Below are positions 26,669 to 35,980 of a stretch of DNA of 64,000 bases, one piece after another (position 1 is the stretch's first letter; each line of letters starts with the position of its first letter). This DNA is from Candidatus Woesebacteria bacterium. Its GTDB lineage: Bacteria; Patescibacteriota; Microgenomatia; Woykebacterales; 2-01-FULL-43-14. The notes below the pieces were generated by a model. That model searched no databases. It was given only the letters and a program-made list of their open reading frames with translations, and was not told the origin of the DNA. Location: positions 14,905-78,904 of the forward strand of contig JAGVAV010000023.1 in the NCBI GenBank assembly GCA_020060105.1. The letters are read 5' to 3'. A program made the translations under genes and the position numbers.

Positions 26669-27646
26669 ATGGATATTTTCTTTCCAATTCAAATATTTGC
26701 CGACTGGGTCGTTTATAATTTGCTCAACTTACCAAGATCAACGCAGCTTGCCGAAAGTTTAAACTTTTTTATCTACGACACTTTAAAAATTATTCTTTTG
26801 ATCGTGGTCATTAATTACTTAATGGCGGTCGTTCGTTATTACTTACCGATTGAGAAGTTACGCGATTTTCTAACCAGTCGAAAATTTTACGGATTTGATC
26901 ATTTGTTCGCCTCAATGTTTGGGGCGGTCACGCCGTTCTGCTCCTGCTCTTCCATTCCTTTGTTTATCGGTTTTCTAAAAGCCGGCATACCCTTAGGGGT
27001 AACTTTTTCCTTTCTTATTACCTCCCCCTTAGTCAATCAAGTAGCGGTGGCGATGTTCATTGGCCTTTTTGGCTGGAAAGTAACGCTAGTTTACATCACC
27101 GCGGGGATCCTGATTGGCGTAGTGGGAGGCTACGTTTTGGGTAAACTCAAAGTAGAAAAATACGTCGAAGACTTTGTCTGGAAAGTCCAAAGTCAACAAA
27201 ACAACTCTTCGAAGGAAAAAATATCTGCCGGAGATTTAATCAAACAATTTAACGCTGAAACTTGGGATATCACCAAAAAGATCGTTCCTTATGTTTTGGC
27301 CGGAATCGCTCTTGGGGCAGCTATCCACGGCTACGTTCCCGCTAATTTCTTCGAACGTTACATTACCAGAGATAATTTATTTGCCGTTCCCTTGGCCACT
27401 GTTGTCGCCGTGCCTCTTTATTCAAACGTTACTGGTGTTATTCCCATCGTTCAAGCGCTTGTTGCAAAAGGCATTCCTTTAGGAACAGCTTTAGCCTTTA
27501 TGATGGCAATCGTTGGGCTATCATTTCCCGAAGCAATGATTTTGAAAAAGGTGATGCGCTGGCAACTCCTGGCAATCTTTTTCGGAGTAGTCACCTTTGG
27601 AATAATACTAATTGGATATTTGTTCAACTTACTAAGTCTATCTTAG
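26669..27646 (+). CDS. arsP: Organoarsenical efflux permease ArsP (DUF318 permease)
   Basis: Diagnostic TPFCSCS motif (AVTPFCSCSSIPLF). Eight or more TM segments. Lies downstream of arsR. Confidence 0.75.
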   Translation: MDIFFPIQIFADWVVYNLLNLPRSTQLAESLNFFIYDTLKIILLIVVINYLMAVVRYYLPIEKLRDFLTSRKFYGFDHLFASMFGAVTPFCSCSSIPLFIGFLKAGIPLGVTFSFLITSPLVNQVAVAMFIGLFGWKVTLVYITAGILIGVVGGYVLGKLKVEKYVEDFVWKVQSQQNNSSKEKISAGDLIKQFNAETWDITKKIVPYVLAGIALGAAIHGYVPANFFERYITRDNLFAVPLATVVAVPLYSNVTGVIPIVQALVAKGIPLGTALAFMMAIVGLSFPEAMILKKVMRWQLLAIFFGVVTFGIILIGYLFNLLSLS

Positions 27647-27658
27647 GGTAACCAAAGG

Positions 27659-28318
27659 TCATAAGTACCTATCAAACCACGCTGCCGCATGGCCTGCGAC
27701 TTCCTCCAATTTTCCCTCTTCCTCAAAAAGATGGGTTGCCCCGGGAACAATCACCAACTTCTTATCTTTGGCCTTGGTTAGTTTTTCCAAAGCTTTTTTA
27801 TTTAAATCAATTACCGGGTAGTCTTCTCCGCCAACCAAGAAAAGAACGGCCGTTTCAACTTTACTCAAATCTTCGCCAGCCAAATCCGGCCGACCCCCTC
27901 TGGAAACCACCGCTTCAATTTTTTCTGGAAGCTGAGCGGCGGCAACTAAAGCCGCTGCAGTGCCGGTTGAGGCCCCGAAATAACCCACCTTCAGATTTCT
28001 CGTAAACTGATTTTCGCTTGTAAAACGAGTGGAGGAAACTAGTCTGCCGGCTAAAAGGTCGATATTAAAGCGGTACTGCCCGGTAATTTCATCCTCTTTT
28101 TCTTCATCTTCCGTTAATAAATCAATGAGAAGAGTCGCCATGTTCGCTCTGTTTAAAACCTCCGCGACGTATCTATTGCGAGGGCTAAATCTCCCACTAC
28201 CGCTACCGTGAGCGAAAATGACCAATCCGTGAGCCTCTTCGGGAACGTTTAAATTTCCCTTAATAAATTTTCCTTCAGTCTCTATCTGGACTTCTTGACT
28301 TAAACTTTTTTCACCCAT
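27659..28318 (-). CDS. Dienelactone hydrolase family alpha/beta hydrolase
   Basis: HGSGSGRFS and GYFGASTGTAAAL nucleophile region. Confidence 0.65.
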   Translation of the reverse strand: MGEKSLSQEVQIETEGKFIKGNLNVPEEAHGLVIFAHGSGSGRFSPRNRYVAEVLNRANMATLLIDLLTEDEEKEDEITGQYRFNIDLLAGRLVSSTRFTSENQFTRNLKVGYFGASTGTAAALVAAAQLPEKIEAVVSRGGRPDLAGEDLSKVETAVLFLVGGEDYPVIDLNKKALEKLTKAKDKKLVIVPGATHLFEEEGKLEEVAGHAAAWFDRYL

Positions 28319-28500
28319 TTATCTCCTTTTTTCTCATACTCGTGTTTTAAGGCGGCAAAGGCCACCCGATGAGCTCTGGCGCCTTCACCGTAAGTTTCAA
28401 CGGCACTGTCATGGGTTTTTTTCCAAATCTCTTGAGCGTGCTGATCCGATCTCTGAATAGTCTTTGGAACGGCCACTACTGACACCTCCTTTCGTAACAC
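28300..28500 (-). CDS. ChaB family protein
   Basis: PKTIQRSDQHAQEIWKKTHDSAVETYGEG...AFAALKHEYEKKGDKW. Confidence 0.6.
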   Translation of the reverse strand: MLRKEVSVVAVPKTIQRSDQHAQEIWKKTHDSAVETYGEGARAHRVAFAALKHEYEKKGDKWVKKV

Positions 28501-28605
28501 CTTGACAGTTCATGCCCCAGATTTTAAGCCAAGGCGAAAGTTTTGAGTAGCGTCAAGGATTAGTCTCCTTGACTCATTTTAAAAGATCCAATTCTTCCGG
28601 ATAAA

Positions 28606-28617
28606 GGGTGTGAAACC
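28606..28617 (+). repeat. Partial copy (3' half GGGTGTGAAACC) of the palindromic repeat
   Basis: 12-nt identity to the 3' arm of the repeat. Confidence 0.5.
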
Positions 28618-28729
28618 AAATTGTACAGAAAATTTGAGGAAAAGAAAACCCGCCTTAAGCATTTCTGCAAAAAGCGGGCCTGTCCACCGAAGCTTTACGC
28701 GAAGGTGGGCGAACCAAGTTTCCGAGAAT

Positions 28730-29689
28730 CTAGTTCCTAGACCGGCGGAGACCGACAGCCGAACCCCATTTCCCGTCCGAATCGTCAACCCAGGCGACGT
28801 TGAACTCGAGCCCGCCGTCGAAGCAGAAGAGCAGGCAGTACTCGTCGAACTGGGACTCGCCGCCAGGATCATACTCGTCTCCAGGGAAATCGATGTGCAA
28901 AAGGTCGTTATTGCCGAGACGGGTGTGGTCGATCAGTAGGATACTACCGCCAACAATGGCCGGCCAAGCCCACCGATCTCTGTTCACGTACATCGTATCT
29001 TCTCGACAACATCTCGGACTCCAGCCCCCACACTCTTTTCCGAAGGAGCCGAGTTCGAGAATGTAGTCCCCTTTGGTTTGAGAATCAACCCATTCCAAGT
29101 ATTGTCGGGTGGGCGACCAGAGTCGAACGTGCTTTTCGGTAAGAGCGTCCTTTCGGTAGTTGTAGAACCTCCCATCGTAGGCTTTGACCAGACGGTCTTT
29201 GATTAGCCATTCCAGGCAAGGGCCATAGCCTTTGCCGTAAGGGTCTTTGGCCCCGACGATCTTTCCCACCAAATCCAGTCGAGGTCGCCAGTACACCCGC
29301 TGATCACACCAGGGGGGAATCACCAGACCGCTTTCCGGCTCCACGATGCAAGAAGCATCCAGCTCCGGAATGGCTTTCTGGAATCCTTCCGCCCATCGCT
29401 GTGCGGTTAAAACCGGCCAGGGATTAGGGTAAGACCGCGTTGGCGTGACCTTTTCATTGGCGTACTTGTTGCTCAAACTTTCGAAGGTTAGTGCTCCTGA
29501 TGAAAGAATCTGTTCGATCTGCCGAGCTTCGGTGGAGTCGTGGGGCAATCGGACCAGTTGTGCGATCCGTTCGTTGTACCATTTCGGGTCCTGATGATAG
29601 CCGTCTCCTCCCAACTCTTTGGGAAGCCGGTCTCCCAGTGCTTTGATCATCTCCCAGATTTGCCCGGGAGTCGCCTGTGTTTTTCCCAC
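28730..29689 (-). CDS. Hypothetical protein, markedly GC-rich gene
   Basis: GTG start after AAGGAGAGG. GC content is well above the neighbours. Flanked by repeat copies. Confidence 0.5.
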   Translation of the reverse strand: MGKTQATPGQIWEMIKALGDRLPKELGGDGYHQDPKWYNERIAQLVRLPHDSTEARQIEQILSSGALTFESLSNKYANEKVTPTRSYPNPWPVLTAQRWAEGFQKAIPELDASCIVEPESGLVIPPWCDQRVYWRPRLDLVGKIVGAKDPYGKGYGPCLEWLIKDRLVKAYDGRFYNYRKDALTEKHVRLWSPTRQYLEWVDSQTKGDYILELGSFGKECGGWSPRCCREDTMYVNRDRWAWPAIVGGSILLIDHTRLGNNDLLHIDFPGDEYDPGGESQFDEYCLLFCFDGGLEFNVAWVDDSDGKWGSAVGLRRSRN

Positions 29690-29770
29690 AGTAACCTCTC
29701 CTTAATTTTTTACTTCTGCTATAAAGCAGAGCAATTACTATATATACCAAATACCAAAAATTGGCTTGAA

Positions 29771-29782
29771 TGTCAACTATAG
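29771..29782 (-). promoter_or_regulatory. CCTATAGTTGACA motif (minus strand) upstream of the 28730-29689 gene
   Basis: The reverse complement reads CTATAGTTGACA. The downstream -10 is weak (TATTTG). Confidence 0.35.
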
Positions 29783-29871
29783 ATCGCCTCTGGATCGGGA
29801 AGCTAGGGAGAGAATCGCAATGCGGCAGCCAAGTAGAGCCCCCATAGCCCGACCGAAATGTCTAAATAGTT

Positions 29872-29900
29872 AACCTATCACACCCGGAGGGTGTGAAACC
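29872..29900 (+). repeat. Palindromic intergenic repeat, copy F
   Basis: AACCTATCACACCCGGAGGGTGTGAAACC. Confidence 0.9.
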
Positions 29901-30059
29901 GTATATATCTTTCTGGTCTGCACCCTCATCTTTATCCTTGTCAAATTCCAACTCGGCCGACGCCTAAAGCGGAAACCTTCAACTATAACTGCCTAGTTTT
30001 GCTAACCGATTTCACGGTAGATTGTTGCTTCGTTTAAAACCGCTTTCTAAACTTAAGGT

Positions 30060-31580
30060 ATGAGCGGGGAAAACTTACCGGGAAAGCACGTCTCTTTTTG
30101 GATTGCCTCCACCCCTAAAACAGACTTTCCGCGATTGAAAGCTGGCCTAGAGGTTGACGTCGCGGTTATCGGGGGAGGAATTGCCGGATTAGCCACCGCC
30201 TATTTTCTAAAAGAAGCGGGAAAGAAAGTCGCGGTTCTGGAGTCAAGAAGGATTCTTGAAGGAGTGACCGGTCACACCACGGCCAAGATCACCTCTCTGC
30301 ACACTCTGATATATCAAAATCTAGTTGATCTTTTTGGAAAAGAAAAAGCGAAACTGTTTGGCGAATCCCAACAAACGGCAATTGATAAAATCGAAGAAAT
30401 CTCACGAAAAAACAACATTTCTTGCGATTTTAAAAGAGCTGCCGCCTACACCTATACTCAAACCGCCGAAAAAGTTAACAAAATCAAAGGCGAGGCCGAA
30501 ACAGCCAAAAACCTAGGCCTACCCGCTTCTTTTGTGGAAACCTCTCCGCTTCCTTATCCAATCAAAGGAGCGGTACGTTTTGATAATCAAGCCCACTTTC
30601 ACCCTCGAAAATTTCTCCTTGGCCTCGCAAACTTGATCCAGAGTGGGGGAGGTAAAATTTTTGAACAGACTAAAGTCACCGAGGTCAAAGAAGGCGAGCC
30701 TTGCCTTGTGGTCACTGAAAGAGGGGAAATCAGGGCTAAAGACGTTGTCGTGGCTACCCATTACCCAATTTTTAACGAAGGGGGCTACTTTACCCGGCTT
30801 AATCCTCTTCGTTCTTATGTTCTTGGCGTTTATATCAACGGCCCCGTCCCTGAAGGAATGTTTATCAATACCGAGACGCCGCTTTTCTCCGTGCGCTCTC
30901 AACCCACCGAAAAAGGCCAAATGCTTATCATCACCGGTCAGGAACACAAAACGGGGCAGGAGAATAACACGATCGGTTGCTATGAAGAAACGGAAAAATT
31001 AACTAGAGATCGTTTTTCGGTCTCCTCCATTGCTTACCGGTGGTCGACTCAAGATAACTACACTATCGACGGTGTACCTTATATCGGCAAATACACCCCA
31101 GGTTCGCAACACCTTTATGTCGCCACGGGCTTCAATGGTTGGGGAATGGCTAGCGGAATTGTTTCCGCAGTCCTGCTGACAGATCTAATCTTGGGAAAGG
31201 AAACTCCTTGGGCCTCGGTTTATGATCCCGTAAGATTAGAACAAGTTAAGGGAGTCAAAAATTTTCTTCTCACGAATGTCGACGTTGCCCAAAAATTTAT
31301 TTCCAGTTACTTGTCCGGACAAGGAAAAGAAGTGGTTCCGAAGATGAAGAACGGCGAAGCTAAAGTGATTAAGGTAAACGGCCAGAAATTGGCCGTTTAC
31401 AAAGACGAGGAGGGAAAAATTCACGTTCTCTCCGCCAAGTGTACTCACTTAGGCTGTCTTGTTAACTGGAACAAGGCGGAAAAGTCCTGGGATTGCCCCT
31501 GCCACGGTTCCCGTTTTAGCCCTGAAGGCGAGATTCTCCACGACCCAGCCATTTATCCTCTCCCGAAAAAAGAGGTCTGA
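30060..31580 (+). CDS. FAD-dependent oxidoreductase with a C-terminal Rieske [2Fe-2S] domain
   Basis: N-terminal VAVIGGGIAGLATAY. C-terminal CTHLGC...CPCHGS. Confidence 0.8.
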   Translation: MSGENLPGKHVSFWIASTPKTDFPRLKAGLEVDVAVIGGGIAGLATAYFLKEAGKKVAVLESRRILEGVTGHTTAKITSLHTLIYQNLVDLFGKEKAKLFGESQQTAIDKIEEISRKNNISCDFKRAAAYTYTQTAEKVNKIKGEAETAKNLGLPASFVETSPLPYPIKGAVRFDNQAHFHPRKFLLGLANLIQSGGGKIFEQTKVTEVKEGEPCLVVTERGEIRAKDVVVATHYPIFNEGGYFTRLNPLRSYVLGVYINGPVPEGMFINTETPLFSVRSQPTEKGQMLIITGQEHKTGQENNTIGCYEETEKLTRDRFSVSSIAYRWSTQDNYTIDGVPYIGKYTPGSQHLYVATGFNGWGMASGIVSAVLLTDLILGKETPWASVYDPVRLEQVKGVKNFLLTNVDVAQKFISSYLSGQGKEVVPKMKNGEAKVIKVNGQKLAVYKDEEGKIHVLSAKCTHLGCLVNWNKAEKSWDCPCHGSRFSPEGEILHDPAIYPLPKKEV

Positions 31581-31778
31581 GTCGTCCTTTTTGGCAAAAA
31601 GTCTCCCTCTTCAACCAAGGTGTCAACACAAATACATCTCCAAGGTGTACAACGGTCTTTTATTTTCCTCCTTTTACCACTACCAATCCTATAGTATTGA
31701 CTTTTAAGCTAGCTTTTAGTATAATTCACCTCAGATCCTATCGCTCATTAAAAAATTACTTAGAGGAGGGAGAATCTC

Positions 31779-32849
31779 ATGGGAAGACTTGCCGTAGTAA
31801 TAGCTGGTGCCGCGATCGTGGCGACTCTTTTAATTTTGACAGGTCGGAACCTAACCCCAAATGCCTTAGAGGCAGAAACGCCGACTCCAATCGTTGTCTC
31901 CGGAAAACCCACGATTCCTTATCCCACCGAGGAGGTAACCCAACGCATCATGTTGCCACCTCTGGTAATGGGGGAAACCAATCCGAAAGTAACGCCAAAC
32001 CCTTTCGTTACCCCTACCCCCCAACCACGGAAGAAACTCGTTCAACCCGTGTTCTCTTTAAAGTCAACGGACGGGAAAGAGGCGGTCTCCTTCACCTCGC
32101 TTGAGGGAATCCAAGGCGAGTACCGGCCTTGGTACTATGACGAAGCCAATGGTGCGGAGATCAAAATCATCTTAGACAAACCCGCTTACGAAATCATCGT
32201 CTTGGAAGAATCAAGCGTGGGGGAGACCTTCAAGATTCTTAGTTCTTGGCGTGATCAACCCAACGGCTGGTCGGTCTTCGATGACTTTAACGGTAACGTC
32301 TACTACTTCAACCGGGACCGGTGGGTTTGGGTCTTCCCAAAAAAGGGTACTCCGCTGGAGGTCCTTAACCAAGGGCGGAAAGAGAAGGAAAAAGTCGGCC
32401 AGCTGATCTACGGCCCATGGCTGCTCGGATCGTACTCTTCTCAAGAGATGGCCCTTATCCTGGCCGAAAATCTCACCCTTCAAGTCCAGCAGGAACTCTC
32501 CTCGATTCAAGCGTTTGAACAGTTTGTCAGCGAGCAAAACACAGTGGGGCTGCTGATGGGGGAGACCGACGCCAAGCGCTTCGCCTACTACAATGGCCAA
32601 CCGCTGGCCAAGGTTGAGGGGAAGTACTTCGGCTGGTCGCTGCCAAACAAGTACGGCCAGCTGAAAGGCGAGTCGCAATACACTCACCTATCTTTGGCCT
32701 ACAACGCCGGGATCGGTTACGACACGCCCATCCGTTGGGGTGGGGTCGTCTTCGTGAACATCCAAAGCGATCAGAAGCTCTTCCCGCACGGCACTTTGTT
32801 CAAGAACGGCAAGCCGAGCGAGAAATGGGAGGAAGCGAAAGGAGAGTAA
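31779..32849 (+). CDS. Hypothetical secreted/membrane-anchored protein (GC-rich)
   Basis: RBS GAGGAGGGAG. N-terminal TM/signal segment MGRLAVVIAGAAIVATLLIL. Confidence 0.5.
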   Translation: MGRLAVVIAGAAIVATLLILTGRNLTPNALEAETPTPIVVSGKPTIPYPTEEVTQRIMLPPLVMGETNPKVTPNPFVTPTPQPRKKLVQPVFSLKSTDGKEAVSFTSLEGIQGEYRPWYYDEANGAEIKIILDKPAYEIIVLEESSVGETFKILSSWRDQPNGWSVFDDFNGNVYYFNRDRWVWVFPKKGTPLEVLNQGRKEKEKVGQLIYGPWLLGSYSSQEMALILAENLTLQVQQELSSIQAFEQFVSEQNTVGLLMGETDAKRFAYYNGQPLAKVEGKYFGWSLPNKYGQLKGESQYTHLSLAYNAGIGYDTPIRWGGVVFVNIQSDQKLFPHGTLFKNGKPSEKWEEAKGE

Positions 32850-33060
32850 GCGCAAAACAGGCAAAGGCTGTTGGAAAGTATTTTTCCGGCAGCCTTTTTT
32901 ATTTAAGCAAACAAATGCTTTTAAAGATATAAATAATAGAAAAATAAATAAAATAGATAATTTTTTTGATTATTTTTGAGGATTTTTATCTTGAAGCTAA
33001 GAGGAGAAAAAGTAAACCGGAACCTTTTAGCGATTTTCCACCGCAAGGTTCCGGTTCTAA

Positions 33061-33657
33061 TCAGATTAGACTTACCGACTTCCGATCCCACTGGCGCCGA
33101 ACTTCCCGAATCCGCAAAACAGCCACCCCAACGTTCAAAACCGTTACCGACCAAATCGTTAAGACCAGGGGAAACCATTGATCGGCAAACATCAGAACCA
33201 CTAGGAGAGCGATCCTGAAGGGCCGACCAAGCACCAGACCTGACGAAAAGTTACCAAAGCCTTGTTCCACGCCGGCCGACTTCGTGTAAGTTGCCAGTAA
33301 CCCGGTAACCAGAGCTAACCAAACCGAGTTTTCCGGGACGACCCAGAAAATGGAGACAAAAAAGATAATCTCGGCGAGTCGATCTCCCACCGTGTCCAGA
33401 TAAGCCCCATAGGCCGTCGACCTCCCAGTCGCTTTGGCCACCGCGCCATCCGCCATGTCAAAAAGCGTCGCGAAAAGAACGGCGAAAGCGCCCCAAACCA
33501 CCCCAAAGACCACCACCACCCAGCCGGCGAAAAGGCAAACGATCAGACCAAACAAAGTCAGCTGGTTGGGAGTTACCCCCGTCTTCGCCAGCTGTCTTCC
33601 CAGCCACGTGTTAAATCGGCCGCGGAACCAGCTGTTGACCCTTCTTTCTGAAAACAC
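33061..33657 (-). CDS. CDP-alcohol phosphatidyltransferase family protein
   Basis: DMADGAVAKATGRSTAYGAYLDTVGDRLAE matches the D-G-x2-A-R...G-x3-D-x3-D signature. Confidence 0.75.
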   Translation of the reverse strand: MFSERRVNSWFRGRFNTWLGRQLAKTGVTPNQLTLFGLIVCLFAGWVVVVFGVVWGAFAVLFATLFDMADGAVAKATGRSTAYGAYLDTVGDRLAEIIFFVSIFWVVPENSVWLALVTGLLATYTKSAGVEQGFGNFSSGLVLGRPFRIALLVVLMFADQWFPLVLTIWSVTVLNVGVAVLRIREVRRQWDRKSVSLI

Positions 33658-33660
33658 TTT

Positions 33661-34380
33661 TCACCCTCCTAGGTTTAATTGGAGAAGGTAAACGAAGATA
33701 AATGAGAGCACGTGGCTGTCTACCCGATCAAAGCAACCGCCGTGCCCCGGGAGCAGATTGCTCATGTCTTTCGTCCCCAGATACCGCTTAAAAGCGGACT
33801 CGAAAAGATCGCCAAAAAAAGCGGCCAGGCCAAGCAAAACCCCCAGGAACAGAGAAAACCAAACTCCTTGGGAAAGATGTTGGGTGCCAATATAGAGGGC
33901 CCAGGGCACCGAGCCGAGAAATCCCCCTAGAGTCCCTTCCCAGGATTTTTTTGGGCTTGACCGAAGAAGCGCAAACCTAGAGTCGGCGAATTTCCGCCGA
34001 CCAAAACTTCGGCCGATGAAAAAGGCCAAGGTGTCGTAAAGAACTACCGCGACAATCGACAGGAGCAACCATTTTCCCATCGAGACAAACCAGGGTGAAA
34101 AGCTAAAGGTTATCTGCTCCGACCAACGCAACTTCGGCAGAGCAATTGAAAGCGAAACCGAAGTGTAAACCGCGAAAAACAAGGCCAGGATGGTTGTCAA
34201 AGTGCCCTCTTTTGTCCTGATCCCAACTTTCCGGATCTTCTCCCTCGCTTTGAGGGTAATCTCGATCAAAATGATTAAGTTCAAGACCGCGGCACCGACC
34301 TGAAAACCCCTCTCGCTAAGGAAAAAGCTCGCCACGACTAGAACGGTAAGAACAAGACTAGTGATCACTCTAACTTTCAT
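33661..34380 (-). CDS. cdsA: Phosphatidate cytidylyltransferase
   Basis: Signature SAFKRYLGTKDMSNLLPGHGGCFDRVDS. Confidence 0.85.
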   Translation of the reverse strand: MKVRVITSLVLTVLVVASFFLSERGFQVGAAVLNLIILIEITLKAREKIRKVGIRTKEGTLTTILALFFAVYTSVSLSIALPKLRWSEQITFSFSPWFVSMGKWLLLSIVAVVLYDTLAFFIGRSFGRRKFADSRFALLRSSPKKSWEGTLGGFLGSVPWALYIGTQHLSQGVWFSLFLGVLLGLAAFFGDLFESAFKRYLGTKDMSNLLPGHGGCFDRVDSHVLSFIFVYLLQLNLGG

Positions 34381-34521
34381 GGCCCTCTCCTTTCACCTTT
34401 ATGGCTAATCATGTTACAACCAACCGCCGCGTTTGTCAAAAACCCCTAAGAAAAAAGGCAGGAACGAATTTCTTCAGTTCCTGCCTAAGTTAGTCAGAAA
34501 ACCGCCGTCGACACCAAGTCT

Positions 34522-35022
34522 CTAGTGGCAGCTAAAACCTCGAATCTTTGAATCCGGCCCTTGGATAAGCGTTACGTTAGCTTTCTGGCATAAGGACCGA
34601 ACGTCTTTATCCCGAACCGAACCGCTCGAAGCTAGGATTACCTTAATCCCTTTTTCAATAAGCGCCCCCGGCCCATCCGTCTCCGGAAAGTAACTGTCGC
34701 TGTAGGCTACCGCCCCGTAAGTACTAAGACCGGAAGAAGCGGCCCAGCCAATCACATCTTCAAGATCCTGATAGTAATTAGTCAGAGTAGCATCCTCATA
34801 CTTTCCGTCACTTTCGCCAATCGTGTTGGTTGTGTCAAAACGAACGATCGTAAAGCCTCTTTCGAAGAAAGCCTCCGCCACGGTAATAACATGCGGCTGC
34901 TCTTTAAAACCGCTTAAACCGTGCATCACAAAAGCCAAACCTTTCTGCTGGGAGTTTAATTCAACGATAACCGCAATTCTTTGCTTCTTTCGATTTTTGA
35001 TAAAAAGCTTTTCCATTTTCAC
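34522..35022 (-). CDS. Short alpha/beta-hydrolase-fold protein (166 aa, appears truncated)
   Basis: HGLSGF...FDTTNTIGESDG strand-turn motifs, but no clear downstream nucleophile elbow. Confidence 0.4.
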   Translation of the reverse strand: MKMEKLFIKNRKKQRIAVIVELNSQQKGLAFVMHGLSGFKEQPHVITVAEAFFERGFTIVRFDTTNTIGESDGKYEDATLTNYYQDLEDVIGWAASSGLSTYGAVAYSDSYFPETDGPGALIEKGIKVILASSGSVRDKDVRSLCQKANVTLIQGPDSKIRGFSCH

Positions 35023-35267
35023 ACCCTCGTTTTCTCCTTTTCAGTTTCATTATACTACTTTTTTTCTTCCCCGAAACTATCTTGCCACTTGAGAAAGCCA
35101 CATCTAGCAGGGGGCAAACACTATCCTATAGCTTTAGCTCCAACCCCAAATGTCAACTCCTTCCATAAATTAAGAGTAAGTCGCATTTCGTTACGCCTCA
35201 CCCTTTTATTTAGATTAACTTAAGGCTTATTTGAAGAAAAATTTTAGTATCGCGAAATCATAGCTGC

Positions 35268-35302
35268 GGTTGACAGATTATGTATATAGTGATAGAATAC
35301 AG
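35268..35302 (+). promoter_or_regulatory. Promoter TTGACA-17-TAGAAT
   Basis: Consensus hexamers. Confidence 0.5.
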
Positions 35303-35328
35303 GATAACTATTTCAAGGGGGAGAATGA

Positions 35329-35961
35329 ATGGCCACAAACGGACAAACCCAAGCTGTTGACCACCAGCACGGCGTCGAGGAGTGGCAAAAGGCTTCTGAG
35401 GAATCGGCCAGAACGGCGGTCGCCCAAAGGGAGACCGCTAATGCCCAACTAGCGGCAGCTATTGCTTGGGAAAAGGCCGCCAATGCCCAGCGCGCGTACT
35501 ATCAAAAGCTGTCGGCTCAGCCAACAGATCACTCAACTGGGCATCACCACCATCGGTGGGAACCAGTACTACTGTTGGCGGCGTTTGTAGCGGTCGCTAT
35601 TATGGCGGTGATGGTGTTCAACATTCTAACCGCACCAGCACCGCAAGGGACCGAAGATCCGATCCTGAAGGACTTAAATGAGATCGTCGCGATGGCACCC
35701 AACGACATCAGCTTTCTGGAGCTTTCGCGAGTGGATCAGATCCGTCCGAACGGGGCCCATGAGATCTTTATCACATACAACCCCGATGAAACGGCTCGTG
35801 CCCTAAACCGGACGGGAAAGACCTTCGTCTTCAAGGCACCTGAAGGCTGGGAGATCGAAACGGAGACAGTCTTCGGGACGAGGACGTACAGTCCGGGAGA
35901 ATTCGGTGAGATAGAGATCAAGCCGAACGCTTTCCGAGCCTATCGACTGCCGCGTCAATAG
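35329..35961 (+). CDS. Hypothetical single-pass membrane protein with a His-rich motif (GC-rich gene)
   Basis: RBS AAGGGGGAG. Contains HSTGHHHHRWE and one TM helix. Confidence 0.5.
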   Translation: MATNGQTQAVDHQHGVEEWQKASEESARTAVAQRETANAQLAAAIAWEKAANAQRAYYQKLSAQPTDHSTGHHHHRWEPVLLLAAFVAVAIMAVMVFNILTAPAPQGTEDPILKDLNEIVAMAPNDISFLELSRVDQIRPNGAHEIFITYNPDETARALNRTGKTFVFKAPEGWEIETETVFGTRTYSPGEFGEIEIKPNAFRAYRLPRQ

Positions 35962-35980
35962 CCCGTAACCTGCGCCAAAA

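Noticed and set aside
1982-29900. Repeat family as a CRISPR array
   Set aside because: Copies are kilobases apart, not regularly spaced with short unique spacers, and no cas genes are present.
1982-29900. Repeat hairpin as a rho-independent terminator
   Set aside because: No downstream U-tract follows the hairpin (AAACC follows instead). Genuine terminators in this window have T5-T7 runs.
32966-33930. Plus-strand ORFs 32966-33218, 33434-33691 and 33712-33930
   Set aside because: Antisense to the CDP-alcohol phosphatidyltransferase and cdsA genes, both of which carry diagnostic signatures.
35270-35452. ORF 35270-35452 and the first of two adjacent ATGs at 35326
   Set aside because: The first ATG opens a 12-codon frame. 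The second ATG (35329) opens the 210-aa ORF and is taken as the real start.
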